DNA from: Candidatus Spongiisociaceae bacterium
Lineage (GTDB): Bacteria; Actinomycetota; Acidimicrobiia; Spongiisociales; Spongiisociaceae
Direction: 5' to 3'
DNA length: 64,000 nucleotides
Assembly (NCBI GenBank): GCA_965202665.1
Contig: OZ241841.1
Location: 2,016,001-2,080,000 of the forward strand
Within the stretch, counting starts at the first letter, position 1. Every line of letters starts with the position of its first letter. Position numbers and translations under genes: made by a program. The notes under the pieces are model-generated. The model was not told the DNA's origin. It searched no databases and saw nothing but the letters and a program-made list of their open reading frames with translations. Shown piece after piece: positions 40,035 through 50,031 of the stretch.

Positions 40035-41654
40035 TCACATCCGGAACACGCCGAAATGGCCGGTTCCCGCCACCTCGCCGGAGTGGACGGCCGACAGGGC
40101 GATGCCCAGCACGGTGCGGGTGTGGCGGGGGTCGATGAGGCCGTCGTCCCGCACCCGGGCCGTGGAGTAATAGGGACTTGACTCTTCTTCAATCTGCTGT
40201 TCGATGGCTTCCCGCCGGGTCGCCGCCTGCTCCTCGTCGTATTCCGCGCCTTTGGCCTCCGCCGCGTTGCGGGCCACGATGTCCAGCACCCCCGCCAACT
40301 GCTCCGGCCCCATCACCGCTATTTTGTGGCTGGGCCAGGAGAACACGAACCGGGGGTCGTAGGCGCGCCCGGCCATCCCGTAGTTGCCCGCCCCGTAGGA
40401 GGCCCCCGCCATGAGGGTTATGTGGGGCACGGCGGAGTTGGTGACCGCGTTGATCATCTTCGCCCCGTCTTTGATGATCCCCCGCCGTTCGTATTCCCTC
40501 CCCACCATGTAGCCGGTGGTGTTTTGGATGAACAGGATGGGGATGTCGTGCATGTTGCACAGGGAGATGAACTCGGTGGCTTTCTGCGCCTCCTCGGAGA
40601 ACAGGACCCCTTGCTGGTTGGCGATTATTCCCAGAGGGAAGCCGTGCAGCGACCCCCAGCCGGTGACCAGCGACCGCCCGTACAGCTGCTTGTATTCGCC
40701 GAAGCGGGAGCCGTCCGCCAGCCGGGCGATCACCGCCCGCATGTCGAACGGGATGCGCAGGTCGGCGGAGGCTATCCCCAGCAGGTCCTCCGCCGGATGC
40801 AACGGGTCGTCCGCCTCCCAGACGGGCCCGTAGCCCAGCTTTTTCCACTTCAAATGGGCCATGATCATCCGCCCGATGCGCAGGCAGTCGTATTCGTCGG
40901 CCGCCAGGTAGTCGGACAGGCCGGACACCGCGGAATGCATTTCCGCCCCGCCCAGTTCCTCGTCGGTGCTGTCCTCCCCGGTGGCCATTTTCACCAGCGG
41001 CGGGCCTCCCAGAAACACTTTGGCCCGTTCTTTGATCATCACCGAATAGTCGGCCATCCCCGGCACGTAGGCCCCGCCCGCGGTGGAGGAGCCGAACACC
41101 AGGGCGATGTTGGGAATGCCCGCCCGGGACATCCGGGTCTGGTTGCGGAACCATTTTCCGCCTTCCACGAACACTTCCGCCTGGGTGGGCAGGTCCGCCC
41201 CGCCCGACTCCACCAGGCTGATGAGGGGCAGGCGGTTCTGAAAGGCGATTTCCTGGGCGCGCAAGGTTTTGCGGGTGGTGAAAGGGTTCATGGACCCTCC
41301 CCGGGAGGTGGGGTCGTGGCCCAGCAAAACGCATTCCACTCCCGACACCGCCCCAATTCCGGTAACCGCGTTGCCCCCGGTGGGAAAGCCGGTTCCCGCC
41401 GCCGCCAGCGGGGACAGTTCCAGAAAAGGGGAGTCTTGGTCGAGGAGCAGTTCGATCCGTTCCCGCACCAGCAGTTTGCCCCGTCGCCGGTGCCGCTCGA
41501 TGTAGCGGGGGCCGCCTCCGGCCCGGGAGTCCGCCAGGCGGGATTCCAGCTCCGCCAAACGTTCCAGCATCGCCTCCCGGTTGCGTTGGAAAAGCGGCTG
41601 GCCGGGGTCCGCCCCGGAGGGGAGAACCGGCAATTCGGCGGAGGAGGGGATCAC
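40035..41654 (-). CDS. Acyl-CoA carboxylase carboxyltransferase (beta) subunit
   Basis: SPFLELSPLA, ESGGADL, GSSTAGGAY, GASYGAGNYGM and DDGLIDPR; probable GTG start 41654. Confidence 0.93.
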   Translation of the reverse strand: MIPSSAELPVLPSGADPGQPLFQRNREAMLERLAELESRLADSRAGGGPRYIERHRRRGKLLVRERIELLLDQDSPFLELSPLAAAGTGFPTGGNAVTGIGAVSGVECVLLGHDPTSRGGSMNPFTTRKTLRAQEIAFQNRLPLISLVESGGADLPTQAEVFVEGGKWFRNQTRMSRAGIPNIALVFGSSTAGGAYVPGMADYSVMIKERAKVFLGGPPLVKMATGEDSTDEELGGAEMHSAVSGLSDYLAADEYDCLRIGRMIMAHLKWKKLGYGPVWEADDPLHPAEDLLGIASADLRIPFDMRAVIARLADGSRFGEYKQLYGRSLVTGWGSLHGFPLGIIANQQGVLFSEEAQKATEFISLCNMHDIPILFIQNTTGYMVGREYERRGIIKDGAKMINAVTNSAVPHITLMAGASYGAGNYGMAGRAYDPRFVFSWPSHKIAVMGPEQLAGVLDIVARNAAEAKGAEYDEEQAATRREAIEQQIEEESSPYYSTARVRDDGLIDPRHTRTVLGIALSAVHSGEVAGTGHFGVFRM

Positions 41655-41741
41655 AAACCCGGATAATAGTTGCCCGCCGCGGCGGGCGGGCGGGGGCGCG
41701 GTTCCGCTATTGTGTGGCCAGTCGGACAGGCAGGAGAAGGT

Positions 41742-42977
41742 TTGGACTTCCAATATTCATCCCGGGTGGAGCGGTTGCGGGAAGAGTTGCTGAATTTTAT
41801 GGAGGAGCGGGTGTATCCCGCCGAGCCGGCGTACGAGGAACAGATGGCGGCGGCGGGGGACCCCGGTTTTCATCCTCCGATCATGGAGGATTTGAAAGCG
41901 GAGGCCCGGCGGCGGGGGTTGTGGAACCTGTTCCTTCCCGACCCGGAGCTGGGGGCCGGGTTGTCGGTGCTGGAATACGCCCCTTTGGCGGAGATCACCG
42001 GGCGCAGCATTGAAATCGCCCCGGAGTCGGTCAACTGCTCCGCTCCCGACACCGGCAATATGGAAATCCTGCACATGTTCGGAACCCCGGAACAGAAGCG
42101 CCGTTGGCTGCATCCGTTGCTGGACGGGGAGATTCGTTCCTGTTTTTCCATGACCGAACCGGATGTGGCCTCCTCGGACGCCATGAACATCCGCACCCGC
42201 GTGGAAAAAGAGGGGGACGAGTACGTGATCCGGGGGCGGAAATGGTTTTCCACCGGGGCCATCAGCCCCCGTTGCCGGGTGTCCATCGTCATGGGGGTTA
42301 CCGATCCGCAAGCCGAACCGTACCGCCGGCAGAGCATGGCGCTGGTTCCGATGGATGCGCCGGGGGTGGAGGTGGAGGCCGATTCCAGCGTGTTCGGCTA
42401 CCACGACCGGGGAGGGCACGGGACCATCCATTTCGACGGGGTGCGGGTTCCGGCCGGAAACCTGCTGGGGGAGGAGGGGGGCGGGTTCGCCATCGCCCAG
42501 GCCCGCTTGGGGCCGGGCCGGATTCATCATTGCATGCGGGCCATCGGGATGGCGGAGCGGGCCTTTGACATGATGTGTTCGCGGGCGCTGGCCCGGGAAA
42601 CCTTCGGGTCGGCGGTGGCCGGGCACGGGGTGGTGCAGGAATGGATAGCCGACACCCGGCTGGCCATAGAACAGGCCCGCCTGTTGGTGCTGAAAACCGC
42701 CTGGTTGATCGACGTGGCCGGAACCCGTTCCGCCCGGGTGGAAATTTCGGCCATCAAAGTGGCGGTGCCCCGCATGGTCAAACTGGCGCTGGACCGGGCC
42801 ATCCAAGTGTTCGGGGCGGCGGGGGTGACGGAAAACTTTCCGCTGGCCCGGATGTACGCCCATGCCCGCACCCTGCAGATAGTGGACGGCCCCGACGAGG
42901 TGCACCAAAGATCCCTGGCCCGCCGGGAACTGCGCCGTTACCAACCCGGCCACGTCCCCGACCCCTACCCCGCCTGA
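41742..42977 (+). CDS. Acyl-CoA dehydrogenase (ACAD10/11-like)
   Basis: GLWNLF, NCSAPDTGNME, MTEPDVASSDA, RLGPGRIHHCMR and DGPDEVH; TTG after AGGAG. Confidence 0.94.
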   Translation: MDFQYSSRVERLREELLNFMEERVYPAEPAYEEQMAAAGDPGFHPPIMEDLKAEARRRGLWNLFLPDPELGAGLSVLEYAPLAEITGRSIEIAPESVNCSAPDTGNMEILHMFGTPEQKRRWLHPLLDGEIRSCFSMTEPDVASSDAMNIRTRVEKEGDEYVIRGRKWFSTGAISPRCRVSIVMGVTDPQAEPYRRQSMALVPMDAPGVEVEADSSVFGYHDRGGHGTIHFDGVRVPAGNLLGEEGGGFAIAQARLGPGRIHHCMRAIGMAERAFDMMCSRALARETFGSAVAGHGVVQEWIADTRLAIEQARLLVLKTAWLIDVAGTRSARVEISAIKVAVPRMVKLALDRAIQVFGAAGVTENFPLARMYAHARTLQIVDGPDEVHQRSLARRELRRYQPGHVPDPYPA

Positions 42978-43065
42978 CCGCCCGCCCCGGGTTCCGCAGG
43001 CAACAATAGGGCCCACTTGCGCTTGCGACGAGCCGGCACGCGGCAGCGAATTGCCAATCGGTAGG

Positions 43066-43097
43066 CCCTCTCGGCGGTGATAGGGCCGCCGGGAGGG
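43066..43097. terminator. GC-rich hairpin between convergent genes
   Basis: CCCTCTCGGCGG/CCGCCGGGAGGG stem with one G-U pair. Confidence 0.45.
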
Positions 43098-43112
43098 TAG
43101 CGTCTTGTCATT

Positions 43113-43469
43113 TTACGATAAAAGTCGTTGGCAAAGAAAAATGACGCCCGCGGCGACTATGAAAAATGCGCCGGCAAGGGTGACCGCTACCGCTACCGGC
43201 GGCGTCCCGTTGGCGATGAACCAACTGAGCCCCCCGAACATGACCCACGCCGACCCAAGGAGGGCGGTGTTCTTGGCCGATATTCTCCTCCTGGGCAACA
43301 GGCGGCCGGTTGGGGAAGAGCCGGGCTCGTTACGCGAGGAGCGTCCGCGAGGCGGGGCGTCGTCCTGCGAGGGGCGGGTTGCGTTTCGGTCAGCATCGGC
43401 TGTTTGCCGGACATGCGCGGAGAAAGCGGCCTGGGATTCGGTGCGGTCTTCAGGCTTGGAATGCGGCAC
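43113..43469 (-). CDS. Hypothetical small membrane protein (disordered N-terminus plus 2 TM)
   Basis: Two C-terminal hydrophobic helices; probable leaderless GTG 43469 after TACATT. Confidence 0.55.
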   Translation of the reverse strand: MPHSKPEDRTESQAAFSAHVRQTADADRNATRPSQDDAPPRGRSSRNEPGSSPTGRLLPRRRISAKNTALLGSAWVMFGGLSWFIANGTPPVAVAVTLAGAFFIVAAGVIFLCQRLLS

Positions 43470-43656
43470 GATAGAGAATGTAGCGTATTTGAGGAAGTAG
43501 CGGTACCGCCGGGTATGCGCCACGTAGCGGAAGCCGGCCGGGTTTTTGTCACACCCTCCTGTTTATCTTGCATGAGGCGGGCGGGCACATGGGACCGCCT
43601 CGGAAAATATCGGGAATGTTGGGAATAAAAATCGGACAAGGAGGGTTATACGGGTT

Positions 43657-43953
43657 ATGGATACGCGATTGACGCTCGTACCGGACGACGCCCCCGCTTG
43701 GTCGGAGGACGACACTTGGCGGGACTTGGCGGCTTGCCTGGGGTTTGACAGCGATGTCTTCTTCCCCGACGACATGGACGCCGAGGCGGTGGCGCGCGCC
43801 AAGGAGGTGTGCGAATCCTGCCCGGTCGCCGGCAACTGTCTGGAATGGGCTTTGGAAACCAACCAGACGGAAGGAATTTGGGGCGGTTTTACCCGTTTCG
43901 AGCGGCGGGCCGTCAAGCGGCGCCGGCAACGGCGGATGCGGGAAGCCGGATAA
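43657..43953 (+). CDS. whiB: WhiB-family Fe-S transcriptional regulator
   Basis: W...AAC, FFP, C-x2-C-x5-C, GIWGG and basic tail; subfamily not assigned. Confidence 0.93.
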   Translation: MDTRLTLVPDDAPAWSEDDTWRDLAACLGFDSDVFFPDDMDAEAVARAKEVCESCPVAGNCLEWALETNQTEGIWGGFTRFERRAVKRRRQRRMREAG

Positions 43954-44049
43954 ACGGTCCGCGGTCCGGCCCCCGTCGGCCTTTTCCACCGCAGGCCTTT
44001 GCGGCATTGACCGCGTAAAACCGCCGGCGGCGGGTAGCCTGCGACCCGG

Positions 44050-45003
44050 ATGCGCTCTTTCCTCGATTTCCTACTTGATCAGTTGGGCAATCTGGGGCTC
44101 AGCCTGCTCCTCTTGGTGGTGGTGTTGACGGCGCGGGCCCTGGTTCTGCGCGCCCTCATTCCCCGTCTGGACGGCTCCGAATCGGTGTTCCGCGCCCGCA
44201 AGGTCACCCTGTACGTCTCGGTGGCGGTGATCCTGCTCGGTTTGGGCTGGGTTTGGACGCACACTTTGGGGGGCGTCGGTTCGTTTATCGGAATCCTGTC
44301 GGCGGGCGTGGCCATCGCCCTGTCCGATGTGTTGAAAAACCTGGCCGGGTGGGCTTACATCTTGGTGCGCCGCCCTTTCAAAGCCGGCGACCGCATTGAG
44401 ATCGGCCCGCACGCCGGGGATGTGATCGACATCCGGGTGTTCCGGTTCAGCCTGCTGGAAATTCGCAACTGGGTGCAGGCCGACCAGTCCACCGGCCGCA
44501 TACTGCACATCCCCAACGGCCTGCTGTTCACTGATCCGATGGCCAACTTCACCGAAGGTTTCCCGTTCATCTGGCACGAGATTCCGGTGGTGGTCACTTT
44601 TGAAAGCGACTGGGAGCGGGCCAAGCGGATCGTGCAGGAGGTGATCGACCGTCACGCCCCCGACCCGGAGGAGGCGGGGGCGGCGGAGGGCATCGAGCGG
44701 GCCGCCACCCAATATTTCATCCGTTACCGCTACCTCACCCCCACCGTCTACGTGCGGGCCATAGACTTCGGAGTGGAGCTCACCGGGCGATTGCTGGTGG
44801 ACGCCCGCTCCCGCCGTCATTTCGACACTGAGATCTGGAGCGACGTGTTGCGGGCTTTCACCGCCGACCCCCGCATTGAACTGGCCTATCCCACCACCCG
44901 CTTCTACCAGGGGGACAAGGAGGGGGGAGTGGGGGCCGCTCCGGGCTGGCCGTTCATGCCGGGGCCGGCGACGGGGGAGCCGCCAACCGATTCGGTAACA
45001 TAG
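44050..45003 (+). CDS. Small-conductance mechanosensitive channel (MscS family)
   Basis: 3 TM, PFKAGDRIEIG..GDV.DI, IPNG. Confidence 0.9.
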   Translation: MRSFLDFLLDQLGNLGLSLLLLVVVLTARALVLRALIPRLDGSESVFRARKVTLYVSVAVILLGLGWVWTHTLGGVGSFIGILSAGVAIALSDVLKNLAGWAYILVRRPFKAGDRIEIGPHAGDVIDIRVFRFSLLEIRNWVQADQSTGRILHIPNGLLFTDPMANFTEGFPFIWHEIPVVVTFESDWERAKRIVQEVIDRHAPDPEEAGAAEGIERAATQYFIRYRYLTPTVYVRAIDFGVELTGRLLVDARSRRHFDTEIWSDVLRAFTADPRIELAYPTTRFYQGDKEGGVGAAPGWPFMPGPATGEPPTDSVT

Positions 45004-45009
45004 GCGGTC

Positions 45010-45738
45010 ATGACCGAACGCATCTACTCCACCGACTCCTACGCGGCTCGGATGGAGGCCCGGGTGGTAGCGGTCGACGAGGACGACCGACGGGTGTTGC
45101 TGGACCGCACCGTTTTTTATCCGGGCGGCGGCGGCCAGCCCATCGACGAGGGGGCGCTGTGGGCGGGCGAAGACCGGTTGCCGGTGACGCGGGTCACCGG
45201 GGACGCGGACGGGGTTTGGCATTGGCTGGAGGGGAAGCCGCCCCCGGCGGGGACGGCGGTCACCGGGGTCATCGACTGGGAGCGCCGCTACCGGCTGATG
45301 CGCACCCACACTTCCATGCACGCCCTGTGCGGGGTGGTGTGGGAAAAATACCAAAGTCCGGTGACCGGCGGCAATATGGAACCGGGCTACGGACGATTGG
45401 ACTTCGAACTGCCCGGCTGGGACCCCGAAGACCGGGATCCCCTGGAGCGGGCCCTCAACGAGGCCGTCGCCCGCCATCTGCCCATAGAGGTGTCGTTCCT
45501 GCCCCGGGAGGAAGCCGATTTGGACCCCAGCCTGATCCGCACCAAAGTGAACTTGATTCCCCCCGCGGTGCGGGAAATCCGGGTGATCGACATTGTGGGG
45601 CTGGACCGCCAAGCGGACGGAGGAACCCATGTGGCTTCCACCGCCGAAGTGGGCCGGGTGAAAATAACCAAAGTGGAGTCCAAAGGGCGCGGTTTCCGCC
45701 GCATCCGCCTCGCCTTGGACGAATCCGGGTCGGACTGA
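45010..45738 (+). CDS. Alanyl-tRNA editing protein AlaX
   Basis: LDRTVFYPGGGGQP, HTSMH and ADGGTHV. Confidence 0.9.
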   Translation: MTERIYSTDSYAARMEARVVAVDEDDRRVLLDRTVFYPGGGGQPIDEGALWAGEDRLPVTRVTGDADGVWHWLEGKPPPAGTAVTGVIDWERRYRLMRTHTSMHALCGVVWEKYQSPVTGGNMEPGYGRLDFELPGWDPEDRDPLERALNEAVARHLPIEVSFLPREEADLDPSLIRTKVNLIPPAVREIRVIDIVGLDRQADGGTHVASTAEVGRVKITKVESKGRGFRRIRLALDESGSD

Positions 45739-45749
45739 AAGGAGGGTTT

Positions 45750-46190
45750 ATGGGCGCGTTGCGGGAGATCGAAGGGAAGGTGGGGGAGGTGATCGGGACG
45801 GGGGAGTGGCTTACCGTCACCCAGGAGGCCATCAACCTGTTCGCCGAAGCTACCGGCGACCGCCAGTGGATTCATGTGGACGAAGAACGGGCCGAGGCCG
45901 GGCCGTTCGGAACCACCATCGCCCACGGGTACATGACCTTGGCCCTGATCGCGGGCATCGCCCCCCGGTTGGATGTTCCGGGGGTGAAAATGGGGATCAA
46001 CTATGGGTTGGACCGGGTGCGTTTCATCACCCCGGTGCCCAGCGGGGGCCGGGTGCGGGCCGTCTCCCGCCTAGACGCGGTGGACGAAATCCCGGGCGGG
46101 GCGCAGTTGAAACAGACGGTCACTATCGAACTTGAAGGAAGCGAGAAACCGGCCTGCGTAGCCGAAACCCTGGTGCGGTTGATTCTCTGA
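45750..46190 (+). CDS. MaoC-family dehydratase
   Basis: FAEATGDRQWIHVD, TIAHG, NYGLDRVRF; AGGAGG RBS. Confidence 0.92.
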   Translation: MGALREIEGKVGEVIGTGEWLTVTQEAINLFAEATGDRQWIHVDEERAEAGPFGTTIAHGYMTLALIAGIAPRLDVPGVKMGINYGLDRVRFITPVPSGGRVRAVSRLDAVDEIPGGAQLKQTVTIELEGSEKPACVAETLVRLIL

Positions 46191-46199
46191 ATCGAGGGG

Positions 46200-47483
46200 T
46201 CAGAGGGGGAGGTTGCGGTGGGTGAAGGCCCGTTGCCCCGGGCCGTAGTCGCCCGCCGCGTGCCCGGCGCCGCGCAACAGCCATTTGCCGGTTAGCAGTC
46301 CTTCCATCCCCACCGGGCCGCGGGCGTGCACCCGTCCGGTGGCGATCCCCACTTCCGCCCCCAGCCCGTAGCGGAACCCGTCCGCGAAGCGGGTGCTGGC
46401 GTTCCAGAACACCGAAGCGGCGTCCACCGCTTGCAGAAACCGTTCCCCCGCTTCTCGGTCTTCGGCGACGATGGTTTCGGTGTGGGCCGAACCGTAACGG
46501 TGGATGTGGGCCACGGCCTCGTCCAAATCGTCCACCACCGCGGCGGCGATGGTCAGGTCGCCGAACTCGCAACCGAAGTCGGCGGGGGAGGCGGCCGCCG
46601 TCCCATCCGTCATTTCCCGCACCGCCGCATCGCCCCGCACCTCCACTCCCGCCTCCAGCAGGGCCCGGATCAAATCCGCTCCGGCCGGGTAGTCCCGATG
46701 GATAAGCAGGGTTTCGGCCGCGTTGCACACCGCCGGGTAGTCGGTTTTGGCGTCCAAAGTCACTTTGACCGCCCGTTGCGGGTCGGCGGAGGCGTCGACG
46801 TACACGTGGCAGACGCCGTCGGCGTGCCCCAGCACCGGAATCCGGGAGGCTGTTTGAATGGAACGCACCAGTTCCGCCGAGCCGCGCGGGATGACCAGGT
46901 CGATGTGGCGGTCCATTTCCAGCAGGTCGGCCACCGCCCGCCGCCCTTCGATGTTCTGGATCACGTTCGGGTCGCCCCCCGCTTCGCCCACCGCTTCCCG
47001 CAACAGGTCGGTGAGGGCCCGGTTGGAATGAGCGGCTTCCGAGCCTCCTTTCATCAGGGCGGCGTTGCCGGTGCGCGCCGCCAGCGATCCGATCTGTATC
47101 ACCGCATCCGGCCGGCTTTCAAAAATGATGAGCAACACCCCCAGCGGGGCCCGCACCTGCTCCAAGACCAGCCCTTCGTCCAGTTCCCTCCTGAGCAGGG
47201 GACTCCCCACCGGGTCGGGGCCGGCCAGCAAGGTCCTGACTCCTTCCCGCAGGGTTTCCAGTTTGGAGGGGGACAGGGCCAGCCTCTGGAGCAACGGCCC
47301 GGGCAGGTCGGCGTTGCCGGATGCCTCCAAATCCAACTTGTTGGCGGCCAGCAACTCCGCTTCCCGCTCTCTGAGGAGCCGTTCCAGATTGGCCAAAGCC
47401 CCGTTGCGCACCTGCGCCCCGGCGGCGGCGTACAGCCGCTGCGCTTCCCGCGCCGCCTGCGCCGCATTTGTCATATCAGTCAA
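46200..47483 (-). CDS. proA: Gamma-glutamyl phosphate reductase
   Basis: PLGVLLIIFESRP, KGGSEA, PAVCNAAET, NASTRFADG and HARGPVG. Confidence 0.96.
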   Translation of the reverse strand: MTDMTNAAQAAREAQRLYAAAGAQVRNGALANLERLLREREAELLAANKLDLEASGNADLPGPLLQRLALSPSKLETLREGVRTLLAGPDPVGSPLLRRELDEGLVLEQVRAPLGVLLIIFESRPDAVIQIGSLAARTGNAALMKGGSEAAHSNRALTDLLREAVGEAGGDPNVIQNIEGRRAVADLLEMDRHIDLVIPRGSAELVRSIQTASRIPVLGHADGVCHVYVDASADPQRAVKVTLDAKTDYPAVCNAAETLLIHRDYPAGADLIRALLEAGVEVRGDAAVREMTDGTAAASPADFGCEFGDLTIAAAVVDDLDEAVAHIHRYGSAHTETIVAEDREAGERFLQAVDAASVFWNASTRFADGFRYGLGAEVGIATGRVHARGPVGMEGLLTGKWLLRGAGHAAGDYGPGQRAFTHRNLPL

Positions 47484-47581
47484 AATATCCTCCTTGTCGT
47501 CTCATTTAACAAGCGACGGCGCCTTCAATATAGGACGGCTTCCCTTGATTGCTTATACCTCTTTTAGCATAATGGTAAAGC

Positions 47582-48700
47582 TTAAAGTTCGGGAATGGGC
47601 GGCAACGGTTTGAATCGTTCCGGATTCGGCAGTCCCTCCCGGAACATGCCCCGAGCGGCCTGATGTTGCTGTTCGACTTCCCGCAAAACCTCTTCCCACA
47701 GATGTTCGGCGACTTCGAACTCTGTAGTAGGGGTGCCCGCATATCTCCGCTGGGCGAAGTCGAGGCGACGCAGAACGTAGTCGAATGTTTTGTGGGACCA
47801 TCCGATCAGGTTCGCAACATTCTGCGGTTCCTCAACCAGCCTACCGGTTTGGCCGGTTTCTTCCGCGAACAGCCTTTCCCCCAAAATGTGTTCTTTCAGA
47901 AACCCGAAAGATTGGAGACGCTCCCACACTTCAGTTAACGTTTCCCTGTCGTCAGCCCACAGGTTCTCATCGTTGAAAGTTCGGTAGGTGGTGGGTGGCA
48001 AGTTCCGGCATTCCACCGCATAAAACGATGTCACAGCAGACAGGTGGGGGGCGGTGAGGGTGATGTCGAACGCTTTCCAATCCACATATCGGGAGCAGGT
48101 GACCGATATTTCAAACCGGTCACCAACCTGCTGTAACGGAATGTTGCTGTAATAGGTTCGGTGATCCCCGGCGTTGTTTTTCAAAACCCAACTGCCCTCC
48201 ACGGTCAGCCCAGCCCATTCGGATGGGGGAACAATTTGGACAGTTATCGTGTCGCCCTGGAACCGTTCGGTGAAGACGGGTTCCGGTTGGGGGATGGTGG
48301 TGGGGGCGGTCGGTAGAGGCGGCAGTTCGAATTCTCCTTCCCCGCCTGCTGTGGTAGCCGGTTCCGCCGGGACAGCGGTGGTGGTGGTTGTTGTTGTTGG
48401 GTGGAGGTGATGATATCCGTGGAACAGCAACGCGGCGATTTCTGCCCGTGTCCACACCTGACCGGCAGTCAACCGTTCTATTACTTTCACCAGTTGGTTT
48501 GCTGTCAGTGGCTGTTCGGGGCGGAACAGGCCGTCCTCAAATCCCTTGAACAGTGCCTCCGGTTGGAACTGGGCTGCCCATATGATTTCATCCGCATATT
48601 CGTGATCTGTGGGCACATCTTGGAACAGGTTGGCGGTGGCGGCCACCGGGATGGCCAACGTGGCGGCCAACAGGCAAGTGATAGTTGTTCGGAGTTTCAT
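47582..48700 (-). CDS. Secreted S-layer-homology (SLH) domain protein with Thr/Pro linker
   Basis: Signal peptide MKLRTT..AATA, SLH-like FQDVP..Y...I...GFEDGLFRPEQPLT, PTTTTTTT linker; AAAGGA RBS; lower GC than flanks. Confidence 0.8.
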   Translation of the reverse strand: MKLRTTITCLLAATLAIPVAATANLFQDVPTDHEYADEIIWAAQFQPEALFKGFEDGLFRPEQPLTANQLVKVIERLTAGQVWTRAEIAALLFHGYHHLHPTTTTTTTAVPAEPATTAGGEGEFELPPLPTAPTTIPQPEPVFTERFQGDTITVQIVPPSEWAGLTVEGSWVLKNNAGDHRTYYSNIPLQQVGDRFEISVTCSRYVDWKAFDITLTAPHLSAVTSFYAVECRNLPPTTYRTFNDENLWADDRETLTEVWERLQSFGFLKEHILGERLFAEETGQTGRLVEEPQNVANLIGWSHKTFDYVLRRLDFAQRRYAGTPTTEFEVAEHLWEEVLREVEQQHQAARGMFREGLPNPERFKPLPPIPEL

Positions 48701-49010
48701 ATCGTTTCCTTTCTTACAGGCCCCTAATGCGGTCCAGGCTGGCCACACCAGGCGTTGTGAGCTTCGTTCGGTGTTTCCTTATATGTAGGGCTAATTAACT
48801 GCGTTGCCGACCCCGATCAAGCGGAACCCTGCAGGGGGATTGTTGCTGGTTCGGATTTGGTCGTCTATCTGTCGAGCGTAGTAGAACCCGAACCGGTGAC
48901 CGTTCTTCGATTACCGCTTTTCTCCACACCCCGTCGGGCTGGTTGGTTAAGATAGCCACTCCGGGTTGCGGTAAAGGTTCAGCAACGAACATTTGTGCCA
49001 TCTGTTTGGA

Positions 49011-49991
49011 ATGCGGCGCGACGTCGACCAACGCAGAACGCCCGGGCGTTTCATTCTGACCGGTTCCGCGCGCTCGTCCCTTTCCATGGACCTGCATGCG
49101 GGAGCGGGACGCATCCTGCCGGTGCGAATGTATCCGCTGACGCTGTCCGAAGGGAACCGGAAAGCTCCTTTGGCGTCGCTCCGCAAACTGGCCGAACACG
49201 GGGTGGACGCCGTCGGCGGTTTGCGTTCCCCGTTCAGCCCCGAACGGCAGAAGGAACTTGTGTTCCGCTCCGGTTTGCCCGGATACCTGGGCATGGATTT
49301 GGCCGCCGAACAGGAAGCCCTGCGTACATATTTGGATCTGGCGGCCTCCAGCGACTTGGCATCCATCGATCCGGCGCAAAGGAACGCCGCCAAGTTGCGG
49401 GATTACCTGCGGGCGTACGGGGCGGTGGCGGGAACCTGCGCCGACCATCGGACCATCTTCGGGGCGGCCGGGCTTACCAAACCCACCGCCGACGTGTATC
49501 ACGATCTGCTCACCCGCCTCGGACTGATCGCCGACTTGCCCGGGTGGGCCGGCAGCAGGTTGAAGCGGTTGACCAAAGCCCCCAAACGGCATCTGATAGT
49601 CCCCGCTTTCGCCGCCGCCGACCATTATGAAAATCCGGACCGGGAGGACCGCCGTTTTGCCTCCCGGTTCGGCGAACTGTTTGAGAACGCGGTCCTCTCC
49701 CAACTGCGGGCGGTGACGGAAGCGGAGGGATTGGGGTGGAGGTTCTCCCATTTGCGCACCGCCGGAGGGGAGTTGGAGGCGGACATTATGGTAGACCTGC
49801 CGGAGGGCGGCGTGTTGGCCGTCGAAGTCAAGGCTTCGGAGAACGTGGACATCTCCGACGCCGCCCATTTGCTGAAACTGAGGGACAAGTTGGGGGAGGA
49901 GTTTCGGGCCGGTTTGATAATCCACCCCGGAGTGGTGAGTTACCGTTTGGACGACCGGATCGGGGTGGCCCCGTTGGGGATACTCGTCTGA
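49011..49991 (+). pseudogene. 5'-truncated AAA ATPase / DUF4143-type protein
   Basis: Begins at RRDVD..PGRFILTGS and has KRLTKAPK and the PD-(D/E)xK-like EAD..AVEVK; no Walker A or Walker B found upstream. Confidence 0.7.
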
Positions 49992-50031
49992 TGGCGGCGG
50001 TTAAAGTCCCGGTTTGTGCCAAGATAGGGGC

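Noticed and set aside
38042-42977. Carboxylase alpha/beta plus divergent acyl-CoA dehydrogenase as a novel pathway
   Set aside because: Ordinary branched-chain/terpenoid acyl-CoA catabolism genes; substrate cannot be determined from the sequence.
45600-45640. AlaX has DGGTH rather than CGGTH
   Set aside because: To my knowledge this variant is common in actinobacterial AlaX, so it is not treated as inactivation.
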